This document shows positions 1-12,889 of a DNA stretch of 33,668 nt, piece by piece (the stretch's first letter is position 1; each line of letters begins with the position of its first letter). The DNA lies in the NCBI RefSeq assembly GCF_001194135.2, contig NC_068995.1, positions 10,524,946 through 10,558,613 of the forward strand, given 5' to 3'. Under the pieces are notes generated by a model. That model ran no database searches. It was given only the letters and a program-made list of their open reading frames with translations, and was not told the origin of the DNA. Made by a program: the position numbers and the translations under genes. Origin of the DNA: Octopus bimaculoides. Its lineage: Eukaryota.

Positions 1-46
<46 letters not shown>
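1..46. repeat. (CA)n microsatellite
   Basis: pure AC run from base 1. Confidence 0.99.
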
Positions 47-48
<2 letters not shown>

Positions 49-155
49 CGCCCAACCCCCACCTTTATTATTTACCTGATACTCCCCTGATATCTGTTCC
101 ATCTAACATCAAAAGAACTATAATAGAAAGACAAATTCTTTGGGGATGAACTTAC

Positions 156-227
156 ATGAAAGACTTTCGCCAGGATTTCTTTGGGTTCTTGCAGAGCGAG
201 CAGGTATTCCTCTTTGATGTCCCATTC
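156..227 (-). CDS. ZZEF1: exon w30, EWDIKEEYLLALQEPKEILAKVFH
   Basis: tttcag acceptor, GTAAGT donor, 72 nt, phase 0-0; YLLAL motif. Confidence 0.88.
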
Positions 228-3200
228 CTGAAACAAACAAAAGACATTGTGGTTGTTACTGTTGTTGTTGTTAATTTGTTAAGGTTATCTAACTCCAGGT
301 TAGTCCTGATGATACTGACTACTCATCGAATACATTCCACCTATGACCAACCAGCTGATTTACAAGTATACAGAACTACATTATTTACTGGTGTTTGACC
401 ACCTGATCCTTGAGTGGCCTTAACAGCATTTACTCTGTTGCAGGTTTCTGAAGCAGCTGTGTGGTCAAGAAGTTTGCTAGCCACCCACATAGTTTCCAGT
501 GCCCCTGGACTGGCTCCTGTGCAGGTGGCACGTAAAATACACCATTTCAAGCATGGTTGCTGCCAGTACCGCCTGACTAGCCTTCATGCCAGTGGCACGT
601 AAAAGCACTCACTACACTCTCAGAGTGGTTGGCATTAGGAAGGGCATCCAGCTGTAGAAACTCTGCCAAATCAGATTGGAGCCTGGTGCAGCCTTCTGGT
701 TCACCAGCCCTCAGTCAAATCGTCCAACCCATGCTAGCATGGAAAGCGGACGTTAAACGATGATGATGATGATGATGATGATATATATCCATGCCATTGT
801 TGCGTAAAAGCACCCAGTACACTCAGTATAGAGGCTGGCATTAGGAAGAGCATCCCAGCCTTAGAAACCATACCAAAACAGACATGGAGTTTGGGCAGCT
901 CTTTAGTTGGCCAGATCCTGTCAAACCATCCAACTCATGCCAGCATGGAAAACAGACATGAAATGATGATGATGATGATATTGATGGTATATACACACAC
1001 ACACATACAGGATGGCTTCTTTCAGCTTCTACAAAATCCATTCACAAGGCTATGATATTGGTCTAGGGCTATGGTATACAACACTTGGCCAAAATACTGC
1101 ACAGCAGGACTGAACCCAAGACCACATAGTTGGGAAGAACACTTTTTAATCACACTGTAATACCTGCACCGATACATAACAAAGATTAAACTAACACAAG
1201 AGCTGCATCAGTAGTGTGTTACATTACTAATACTAGAGTTAGTACTATTACCAGTGCAGGATGCCAGAGGAATGAAAAGTCAAAAGTGATGCTAAAAGAA
1301 TGAAGACAATACAAACCACTGCAAGATTTTCGGTATGTAAGAAGAGTTCGGTGAGAGCTCTTTGAATCGGTAGAGGTTGCTGGTTTGGTTGCTGGGATGT
1401 AGTTTGGCTGAGTGATACATACAGCTTCCAGAGTGGACGGAGAAGTGTCAAGTTGATCAAACTCTTGTTTTCTGGATGCCTGAAAGTGAGGGTCATCATT
1501 ACCAAAATTAATTTATTCAATATTCACCACACATACACGCACACACACACACACAAATATGCACATCTGTCAACTGTAAAGAAATATGAAAAACCAAAGG
1601 AAAATGCAAAAAAATTTAAATTGCTACAAATATTCACAAGTAAAAGAGAAAGTAGAGACGTACTCTAATTGAATATGGAGTATTCTCAGGAGTAGGAAGA
1701 TGGTGTTTAATCGTTTCACATGAGTTTGCTTACAAGCAACATGGACCAGGTGGGCCCAGATGTCTTTAATAGGTAAAGATCTGCAGAAGGAAAAAAAATA
1801 AACTTAAAACAGTCAAGAAAACAAATACAACATTAAAAACAACATCAACAACAATACAACATTAAAAACAACATCAACAACAATACAACATTAAAAACAA
1901 CATCAACAACAATACAACATTAAAAACAACATCAACAACAATACAACATTAAAAACAACATCAACAACAATACAATATTACTATATTTGATGTCATATAA
2001 AATGCATTTTTTTTCAAAAAAAAATGTCTCAGGAAAATCATCCTGGGTCCTATATGCAAAGCTGGGCCTCCAATAAGTAAATTTTCCCCCTGCTCACTAC
2101 TTCAGGCTAATTTAAATCCAGATGATCTTTTCTACCAAGCTTGACTCCATAATAATATATAAACATTATTATTCTTACTTTTACTGTAAAAAGAATTATA
2201 ACAATGGACTGCTAGTATGCTTTAGAATATATGTTTTAATGCATTAAGTCTTTGGTGTTTTTTTCTTTTCCCTGAATATGCACTGCTGAGATTGAGGTAC
2301 ATCAAATATGCATGTGTGTCTTTTATGCCGACCGCCAACACCTCTTTTGTTCATCTCCTATGTTCCTGCCTCAAGGCTTTCACTTCATACAGGCCAGCTC
2401 AATTTAATTCGTTCTCAGTCGAAAGACACCTGTTTGTTATATTCTTGTTTGTATTTGTAACTGTGTACCATGTTCTCTATTTTTTGTCTTTGTTGCCGTA
2501 CACATTCGCTAGCTTTCTTACAAAAAAAAATCTAATGCTCTTAGCTTAGGCTTTTTTGGGGGCAACCAGATCAAACTGTCTCAAGTGTAACTGGCCGAAA
2601 CGGTAAGGACTTCTGGTAACTTGACTGAAGAAAGAAGACCACAAATGACCCATTTTTCATGAGGTAGTGAGTTCAATTCCCAGACTGAGCTGTGTGTTGT
2701 ATTCTTGAGCAAGACACTTTATTTCACGTTGCTCCAGTTCATTTATCTGTAGAAATGAGCTGCGACGTCACTGGTGCCAAGCTGTATCAGTCTTCGCCTT
2801 TCCCTTGGACAACATCGTTGGCATGGAGAGAGGAGTCTGGTATGCAGAGGTGACTGCTGGTCTTCCATAAAACAACCTTGCCCAGACTTGTGCCTTGGAG
2901 GGTGCAATCCCATGGTCATTCATGACTGAAGGGGTCATTACCCTTTACCCTATGCACATACACATAGCACAGGAAATATGTACACACCATACAAACATGT
3001 TGAATGTCAAAAAAGGAGTAATAGCATACAAATTGTTATATACAGTACAACATAGACGACTTACCTCGATAGATCGGAGAAAAGCAGAGTACGCAGGATC
3101 AAATAGCCAGTGGTGAACCGGTCCCTGAAGCCAGCAACCACAGTGAATTTGTAACCCCAGAATGTGTTCTCAGAATCACTGGTGAAGTTATAATACAGAG

Positions 3201-6200
3201 AGTCACCTGTAACAGAGAGAAAGAGATGAGAAATGAAGGAGATGTAACACTGCAGATGAGGAGGTAGTAAAGAAGTCACATTGTGACAGAGATGCAAGGC
3301 TAATAGTGAATGCTTGCGACACAAATGAGGAGATGGTAGTGAAGTCGCATTGTGACAAGGATGGAAAGCTGGTAGTGAAGGGTTGTGACACAAATGAGAT
3401 CGTAGTGAAGTCACATTGACAGGGATGGGAAGCTGGTAGCGAGGTCACACTGTATCACAGAGACAGAATAGTAATGAGGTTAAGTTGTGACAGAGATGAA
3501 AAGGTGGTAGTGAAGTTACATTGTGACACAGAATAATGAGGTGGCAGTGATGATGTCATGTTTTGACAGAGAAGAGATGTTAGTGAGGTTATGTTGCATC
3601 AGAGAGAAATGAGAAAGTACAGGTAAGGTAATGCAAGAAAGTGAGAGAGAGAAATGAGAAAGTACAGGTAAGGTAATGCAAGAAAGTGAGAGAGAGAAAT
3701 GAGAAAGTACAGGTAAGGTANNNNNNNNNNGGTAATGCAAGAAAGTGAGAGAGAGAAATGAGAAAGTACAGGTAAGGTAATGCAAGAAAGTGAGAGAGAG
3801 AAATGAGAAAGTACAGGTAAGGTAATGCAAGAAAGTGAGAGAGAGAAATGGAGGGACTTCTTTTAAAATAGGAAAACTGTAAATCAGGGAGCATTTTGTA
3901 TAATATTCTATTTGTGAAAGAAGAAGTTTCCTGTGAGGTAAGGAGTCTCTGTAAGATAGGGAACATCATCATCATAATCATTTAACATCCATTTTCCATG
4001 CTAGCATGGGGTGGGTGGTTTGACAGGAGCTGGTGAGTCAGAAAATTGAATCAAACTCCATTTGTCTGATTTGGCATGGTTTCTATGGTTGGATGTCCTT
4101 CCTCAAACCAACCACTTTACAGAGTGTACTGGGTGCATTTTATGTGGCACCACATGGGTGCCTTATATACGATGCCAGCACGAGAGCTTTATAAATGGCT
4201 TCAGCAAGGATGATTTTTATGTGGCACTTGCACAGGTGCCTTTGATGGGGCACCAGCACTTAAATCTGTTAACAAAGAGAGTTTCTTATTGAAACAAGGA
4301 GTTTCCTGGTAAAATATGGGGTCTCCTCTTAAAATAGGGAAACTCCTGTTGAAATGAGAAGCGTCCCACTGTAACAGAGAGTCCACCGTCTATGTAAGGA
4401 GTGTCATGTTGTTATTGTTGGCACTCCATCGCTTACGACGTCGAGGGTTCCAGTTGATCCGATCAACAGAACAGCCTGCTCATGAAATTAATGTGCAAGT
4501 GGCTGAGCACTCCACAGACACGTGTCCCCTTAACGTAGTTCTCGGGGATATTCAGCGTGACACAGTGTGATAAGGCTGACCCTTTGAATTACAGGCACAA
4601 CAGAAACAGGAAGTAAGAGTGAGAGAAAGTTGTGGTGAAAGAGTACAGCAGGGTTCGCCACCATCCCCTGCCGGAGCCTCGTGGAGCTTTAGGTGTTTTC
4701 GCTCAATAAACACTCACAACGCCCGGTCTGGGAATCGAAACCGCGATCCTATGACCACGACTCCGCTGCCCTGACCACTGGGCCATTGCGCCTCCACAAG
4801 GAGTGTCATGTAAAGAAGAGGGTATCTATAATATAAGGAGACTCCTGTAAACACACTGGATCCTCTGTAATGTAGGGAGTTGCTTTTAAAGTGGGGGATA
4901 TTCTCAGACACAGACATTAAAAGTAACAACAAAAGAAAATGCCCTCACCTGGAACTTGAAACGACGTCCAGTTGCTTCGAGACACACCACTGATCTCATG
5001 AACATTGTTTTGGAAATCTGGAGTTGTTGAAAATTCCAGCTCGTCACATCCTTCTTCAGTGGAACACCTGGAAACATTTGAATCAACTACATTATATGCT
5101 GAATACATGTGTGTGTGTGTATGTGTGTGTGTGTGTGTAAATGAATATGACTCCAGTCAAGTTCCCTTCTGTGGCACAAGTTTGGGCAAGTTTGTTTATG
5201 AAAGATAAGGCTCTCCTCTTGATGCCACCAATGTTATCCAAGGGAAAAAGCAAAGACCGATACAGCTTGGCACCAATGACATTGCAACTCATTTCTACAG
5301 CTGAGTGAACTGGAGCAATGTGAAATAAAGTGTCTTGCTCAAGAGCACAACAAACAGCCTGGTCCAGGAATCGAACCCACTACCTCATGATCGTGAGCCC
5401 AGCACACTAAACACTGAGCCAGAATATATAATGCTAAGGATAATAAGGATTTATAACAGACACAAACATGTAAAAGAGGGACCACCACCATCTTCTCATC
5501 ACAAACTCCCAAATAACAACATTAAAGAAGAACTTTTGTTTCAGTTATTTAAGCGAACAGCGACATGCAGAATTATTTTGTCCTACATGAATTATCTAGG
5601 CCAATGGTTCTCAATTGGGGTCCTGATGACCCTTAGGGGTCCATATAAAATTATGTTGTTAAAATTTATTAGCAATAAATTGATTATACTTCTACAATAC
5701 ACAAAATATCTAACCATTTTTTTACATCATCATCATCGTTTAACATCCATATTCCATGCATGCATGGGTAGGATGGTACAGAAGCCGACCAGGTAGAAAA
5801 ACTACCCAAGGCTACTGTGTCTGTTTTGGCAGAGATTTTATGGCTGGATACCTTTCCTAACAGCAACCACTCCACAGAGTGGACTTCGTGCTTTTTACGT
5901 GGCACTAACACAGGTGAAGTTAGTTTTGGCATGATTTTTACAGCTGGATGCCCTTCCAAATGCCAACGACATTAAAGTGTGGACTGGATGCTTTTAATGT
6001 GGCACCAGCATTGTCAGGGTAACCAAGTAACTTGCAAGACAAGGAATTATGAGAGGGGTAAGGGCATTTGAGGAGGGGAACTTGTGTCAGAGGATTAAAG
6101 GTCAGAATGTGACAAAGAGACAGAAGCAGGTGTCTTGCCACAACAGAGGGGGCATTTGAGTTGGTGATCCAGTATCAGATGATGAAAGGTAACAGAGAAG

Positions 6201-9200
6201 ATCAGTCATTTCCTAAGATCAGACCTCACCACTTCATCCTATGTCTTCCTGGGTCTCCCTCTTCCACAGGTACCATCCACTTTCAGTAACAGGCACTTCT
6301 AATAATATTTAATTATAAAAATAGAATAGGATTTTTTTTTTAAACATTTAATAGCTATGAGGGTCCACCTAAAGAATCAAGAGGATTCCTAGGTAAAAAA
6401 AAAAACGGTTGAGAAACTCTGCTCTAGACAAATAGTGGTATGCAGAATGATCTTGTTTTATACGATCAAGGTAGATAACTCTGATCGTTTCAGTTATGGC
6501 AACATGTGCTCCGGTTGATCAGATCAACAGAACAGCTTGCTCAAAAAATTAAAGTTTAAATGGCTGAGTACTCCATAGATATGCATACCCTTGATATAGT
6601 TCTGAGAGAGATTCAGCAAAAATCAGAATGTGACAGGGCTGGCCCTTTGAATTACAGGTACCACTCATTTTTTCCAGCTGATTGAACTGGAGCAATGTGA
6701 AATAAAGTGTCTTGCTCAAGGACAAAATGCGTCGCCGGGAATTGAGCTCACGACCTTACAATGGCAAGCCAAACACCCTAACCACTAAGCCACGTTCCTT
6801 CAAATGCTACTTACATGTTATCAAATGTGACAGTGAGGTAGGAAGCCCCTGGAACATGTATCTTCTCCTCCTCTTTTGTGTTGTTGTCGTAGTTGTGTTT
6901 TGACTCGCGGCAGATTACGACATCGTTGTCTTCTTCCAAGAATTGGCAGGCCATCAGCGCCACTTCAGGTAACAAGGCCGGATCACAACGCTTCGTGCCA
7001 TTCTCGATGGCCTGTTGTCATCATACAAGGAAAAAAATGAAAATCAGAGATATGTTTCGATAATAAAAGGAAATAAAAGAAACAGGTATTATTATTAGTT
7101 TGACAGATTCTAAGTAAAAAGATATATTTAAGTCAAATCATTAAAGTGTGTGTGTGTGATTGTGTTATAACTTCAATGTGTTCATTTATTACAAGCGTTT
7201 GCTTGCTTGATGTGTTCACTTGTTTCATGTGTTCACTTGTTTCATGTGTTCACTTGCTCTATGCATTTATTTGCCCCATGTATTCACTTGCATCACATGT
7301 TCACTTGCATCACGTGATCATTTGCACCCCATGTTCACTCGCATCATGTGTTCACTTGTATCATGTGTTCACTTNNNNNNNNNNTCATGTGTTCACTTGT
7401 ATCATGTGTTCACTTGCTCCACATGTTCACTAGCACCATATGTTCACTTTCAGCACGTGTTCATTTGCACTACATGTTCACTTGCATCACATGTTCACTT
7501 GCATCATGTGATCATTTGCATCACGTGTTCACTTGCTTCATGTGTTCACTTGCATCATGCATTCACTTACTTCATGCATTCACTTGCTTCATGTGATCAT
7601 TTGCATCACATGTTCACTTGCATCACATGTTCACTTACATCACATGTTCACTTGCTTCATGTGTCCACCTGCTTCATGTGTTCACTTGCTCCATGTATTC
7701 ACTTGTTTACTGCATTCACTTATTTAATGTGTTCACTTATTACTAAGTGTGGAAACATGGTTGATAGAGTACTCAGCTCGCAATCATAAGGCCATGAGTT
7801 TGATTCCCAGCGGCACATTGTGTCCTTGAGCAAGACACTTTATTTCCTACTGCGCCAATAACAACTAAATGCAAGCAAACGCCTAGGCTGAGTTGACAAT
7901 CATACTGCTTAAGTCCTATAGTCATTTATATACAAACAAGGTGCATGGCCCAGTGATTAGAGTATTGGGCTCTCAATCATAAGGTCACGATTTCAATTCC
8001 CAGTCAAGGTAGTACATAATTGTGCAAAACACTTCATTTTACATTGTTTTACTAAAAATGAGGTTAACCTTGTCATGGACTAGCATTGATCAACCCAAGG
8101 CTCTTGTAGAAGACACTTGTTCTTGGTACCACACAGTGGAATCAACCCCAAAGCCTCATGGCTGCAAATTATACTTAGTAAAGGTAAAAAAGGTAAAATT
8201 ACCTTTTCAAACCATGCCAACTCACAAGGGCCGGTTTCCAAGTTTCTATGGCGTATATATTCCCCACCTGGATGGGATGCTAGTCTGTCGCAGGATTACT
8301 CATTTTTGCCAGCTGAGTAGACTGGAGCAACGTGAAATGTAGTGTTTTGCTCAAGAACACAACACGCAGCCCAGTCCAGGAATTGAAACCACAATCTTAC
8401 GATCATGAGTCCAACACCCTAACCATTAATCCACATGCCTCTACAAAAGTATACTTGACCACTCAGTCATGCCTATATCATCTTTAATGATTCACAACAA
8501 CAGCAAAGACATGAAAAATAACCAACTTGACCATCATGACCACCACCAAAAATAACAGTCTGTCTATGTGTTACATACCTGGTCAGTCACCTTTTTAGGC
8601 AGTACACCATGTAAAAGATCAAATATACAAGATACTTGGTGACCATCAGAAACCCCAAAGAGTTTTGCCTCGACTGGTGCAACATCATCTGGCCAGGCAG
8701 AGAGTAAAGACACAAGTAACTGGCGAGAGTAGAGAACAACAATGGCTCTGGTCAGCTGAAGCAGGTAGCTGTCCGACACACGGCTCTTGTGTTCCTTCTG
8801 CAACAGTTCAGCACTCTTCTTGTGCCGTTCTTGTTCAATGTCATTCTGAACTTCGTCTGGCAGCGTGATCAGGTCTTCGAAACAGTGTGGCACTTCTTCT
8901 GTGGTGCAGCTTGTCAAACTTGAGAGGAATAAAAGAATGAAACGAATTAGGACGGGGCAGAATAGAATGAGATGGAATGATACAGAAGAGAATAGGACAG
9001 GATAAAAATGAATGGGAAGAAGAAAGAATAAAATACATTGGATGTAGAATGGAATAGAATAACAGAACACATTAGAATAGAATAAAGAGAATATGAGAGG
9101 ATAGAACAGAACGCTGAGCCAAGTAAAATCGTTGTCTTCCACACATACAGGCTTATCTTTTCAGGTGCCAGTGCTACTTAAAAAGTACCTGTGCCAGGTA

Positions 9201-9841
9201 CTATGGTGGTGGTGGTAGTAGTAGTAATGTGGTGAAGAGTAGTGGTGGTGGTAGCAGTAAAACTATATAATGTGGTGTGTTGTAGTTGTGTTGTCAGTAG
9301 TACAACAGTATATGATTATACAGTAGAGACAGTTGTAGAACAGTATACCAGGTTGAAGGTGGTGGTGATAGTGATGGTGGTAGTAGTAGTAGTAGCAGCA
9401 GCAGCAATAAAAGAGAGAGAGAGAGAGAGAGTGAGCAATGTTGTGATACTCACACTTCTTTGATTCCTTTGAATTCCAAGAATTGAACCCCAGAATCTAT
9501 TGTTTGGTCATTACTGGAGGTTGGTAAGATGTCATCAGAGGAGGTCAGGGGGTCAGTCGAAGAACTGTAGAGGTAAAAACAGGGGAGAAGACAGGGATTA
9601 CAAAGGTTTATATGGGGAGTAAAATAAGGTGGGTTGAACGTTTGCATAGAACTGAACACCTTTTCATAAAATATATCCATTTCACTCAAATGATTATATC
9701 AGTGTGCAAGCATAGTACAAATAAATTATTCTTAAACAAGAATATTATTGGCAGTGACTTCAAAGTTTCAGCCAGTTAAGCCATCATCAGACAATAGCTT
9801 AACCACCAATAATATTATTGTTCAAGAATAAGGTGTGTGTC

Positions 9842-9887
<46 letters not shown>

Positions 9888-12839
9888 GTGTACTGTTCCA
9901 TGATGGTAAGATCAGCAAAAAAAGTACTCCATTTGGTGAGAGATAAATATTATCTAATAAACACATATGGTTTTTTTATGTGCTACTGTTAGTTTCATGT
10001 GCTGAGAGCATATCAAACATTGTTTTATAACATGTCTGGTGTCCCAGCACAATCATCAGACACCGTTCACATGGCATAACAAACTAAATATATGTGGTAA
10101 GTAGCTTGCTCACCAACCACATGGTTCCGGTTTCAGTCCCACTGTGTGGCACATTGGGCAAGTGTCTTCTACTGTAGCCTCTGTGTCACACTGAATCTCC
10201 CTGAGAACTATGTAAAGGGTATACATGTCTGTGGAGTGCTCAGCCGCTTGCATGTTAATTTTAGGAGAAAGCTGTTCTATTGATCAGATCAACTGGAATT
10301 CTTGACATTGTAACCAACAGAGTGCGTGTTTTTTTTATTTTTTTTTTATTTGGCTGGTACTTTATTTGTTGACCCCTGGAGGAATGAAAAGCAAAGGTGA
10401 CCTTGGTGGATATGATCTTGAGACATAAAGAGTAACAAGTACAATAGCTACACACTGACCTGTCTTCAGCTTTCTTGGATAAGAAATTTTCGACAATAAC
10501 TTCAAAGGAGTCTGTCTGATGGAATGGGTGCTGAAATGAGGAAAAGACAATTCAACTCAAGTCATCCACACACATATATTTCTCATATACAGGACAATAC
10601 AACACAATGAAGGAGCCACTATAGAGTCGTCTGACATTCTAGAAATATTATAGAACTTACTGTATTTTCTATGTCTGATAAGTCAGCGAGTACAAGTTTC
10701 TCAACTTTCACACTGCTTGCATCTGGGATATCTATGTCCTGCAACTGTCTACTCTGGGATTCCATGCCTCCAAATTTCGGGGACTTTTGGCTTGCTTTCT
10801 TGGCATTGTGGATGGAGTTAGATTTCGTCATATATTGCAGCAACATCAACAACTTTAAAAAAAAAAAATCAAGAAATAAATAAACAAACACAAAAATAAA
10901 TATCTTTAAATAAAAAAAAACAGTTGTTTTTCTTAACTTTCACCTCCTCCCATTAAATTAAATCAGCTCCCACAACCACTTTCTATTGGCCAGTAAAAAT
11001 AGAATGTGTACTACATCATATGAAATGTGGAGAATTCCAGATAGTACCCTACTATCTGGCAGAAATGTTAGCACGCCGGGCGAAATGCTTAGCGGTATTT
11101 CGTCAGCCGTTACGTTCTGAGTTCAAATTCCGCCAAGGTCGACTTTGCCTTTCATCCTTTCGAGGTCGATTAAATAAGTACCAGTTACGCACTGGGATCG
11201 ATATAATCAACTTAATCTGTTTGTCTGTCCTTGTTTGTCCCCTCTATGTTTAGCCCTTTGTGGGCAATAAAGAAATAAGATAGTACCCTACTATCAAAAC
11301 CAAGTTAACTCAGTCTCCATGTCTCAAGTACACATGCACCAAAACAGTTCCCGTACTGTAACGGTTAATAAAGGTTTTTGATATAGTCTCACAGCTACAT
11401 GTTCGAGGGAGGTAGTGTAGTTGATTCTATCGATCCCAGTACTTTATAAGGCTATAGTAATAGACACTTGCTCAAGGTGCCAAGTAGTGGAACTCAACCC
11501 AGAACCTTGTGGTTAAGGAGAAAACTTACCACATAGCCACACCTAAAAGTCCAAAAACAAGAACAATAACAGAATATAGAAACGTTCTAACCTCCAAGTC
11601 TTTGAGTAACCATTGTTTACTGAGTCCAGTACCCTGACTGGCAAGATCCACAAGACACTGGATTAGCGCTGGATCATAAACATCTTTCACAAAGAGAGCA
11701 CTAAGATTGGTGAAGATTTGGTAGAGAAGTTTTTGTAACAAAGCCATTACCCAGGTGAGATCCATACAGAGTTTCTTTTTGTCTGCAACAGAAAACAAGA
11801 ATTTACAGGTATTTTAATGTAGTCCTCAGAGAGATTCAGCATGGCACAGAAATGTAACAAGGTTGGCTCTTTGAAATACAGGTACAACTTATTTTTACCA
11901 GCTGAGTGGACTGCAACAATGTAAAATGCAGTGTCTTGCTCAAGGGCACAATGCACTACCAGGAATTGAACTCATGACTTTTACAATCATGAGCTGAATA
12001 CCCTAACCACTGACCGATACAATGTTGCTTCTTTCAGTTTCCATCAACCAAATACACTCACAAGGGTTTGGTTGGCCTAGGGCTATACAAGAAGACTCCT
12101 GCCCGAGGTTTCATGTAGAGGGACTGAAATGTGAAACCATGTAATTATGAAGCAAAACCCTTAACCATGTAATTATGCCTGCCCCTGGGGAAAGATGGAA
12201 GAAAATCATAGAAAATGTAAAGAAAGAAAACATCAAAAAAAAAACACTACAAAAGACAACTTACCCTTGAAAATTTTGCACAATTGTTTTATTAAATTAA
12301 TAACGAGTTCAATGAATTTGTGTTCACACCTGGATATGTCAATGCCCTCGTTAACGACTGAAAAACTGTCATCATCTACCTGTAAGAGATGAAAAACAAA
12401 GATGAAAGCCCAAACAAGTGTATTTAGGATCACATTATCTAGATTATCCATTGTTTTTTAATTTTTGTAGCTGTGTAAGAGAAGTGCTAATCTCTAACTG
12501 TGGAAGGAACCTGTGGAAGAGGTAGACCCAGGAAGACACGGGACGAGTTAGTGAAGCATGGTGTTTGAACACTGGGCTTCAGAGGTGATGACAAGCGACT
12601 GGGGCCTTTGGCGATATGCTGTGCTTGAGAAGACTCATCAAGCTAAGTGAAATTGTAATCGTGACCAATGTTGGTGACAAGTAAAAGGCACCCAATACAC
12701 TTTGTAATGTGTTTAGTGTTAGGAAAGGCATCCGGCCATAGAAACCATTCCAAATCAGAATGGAGCCTGGTGCAGCTCTCCAGCTTACCAGTTCCAGTTA
12801 AACCATCTAACCCATGCCAGCATGGAAAGTGGATGTTAT

Positions 12840-12889
<50 letters not shown>

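Noticed and set aside
3601-3850. CRISPR-like array
   Set aside because: Contiguous tandem units without unique spacers, in a spliceosomal intron.
10531-10660. Intron read-through resembling human ICFLMAHDAL
   Set aside because: In-frame TAG after 13 codons, canonical splice sites and only weak similarity.
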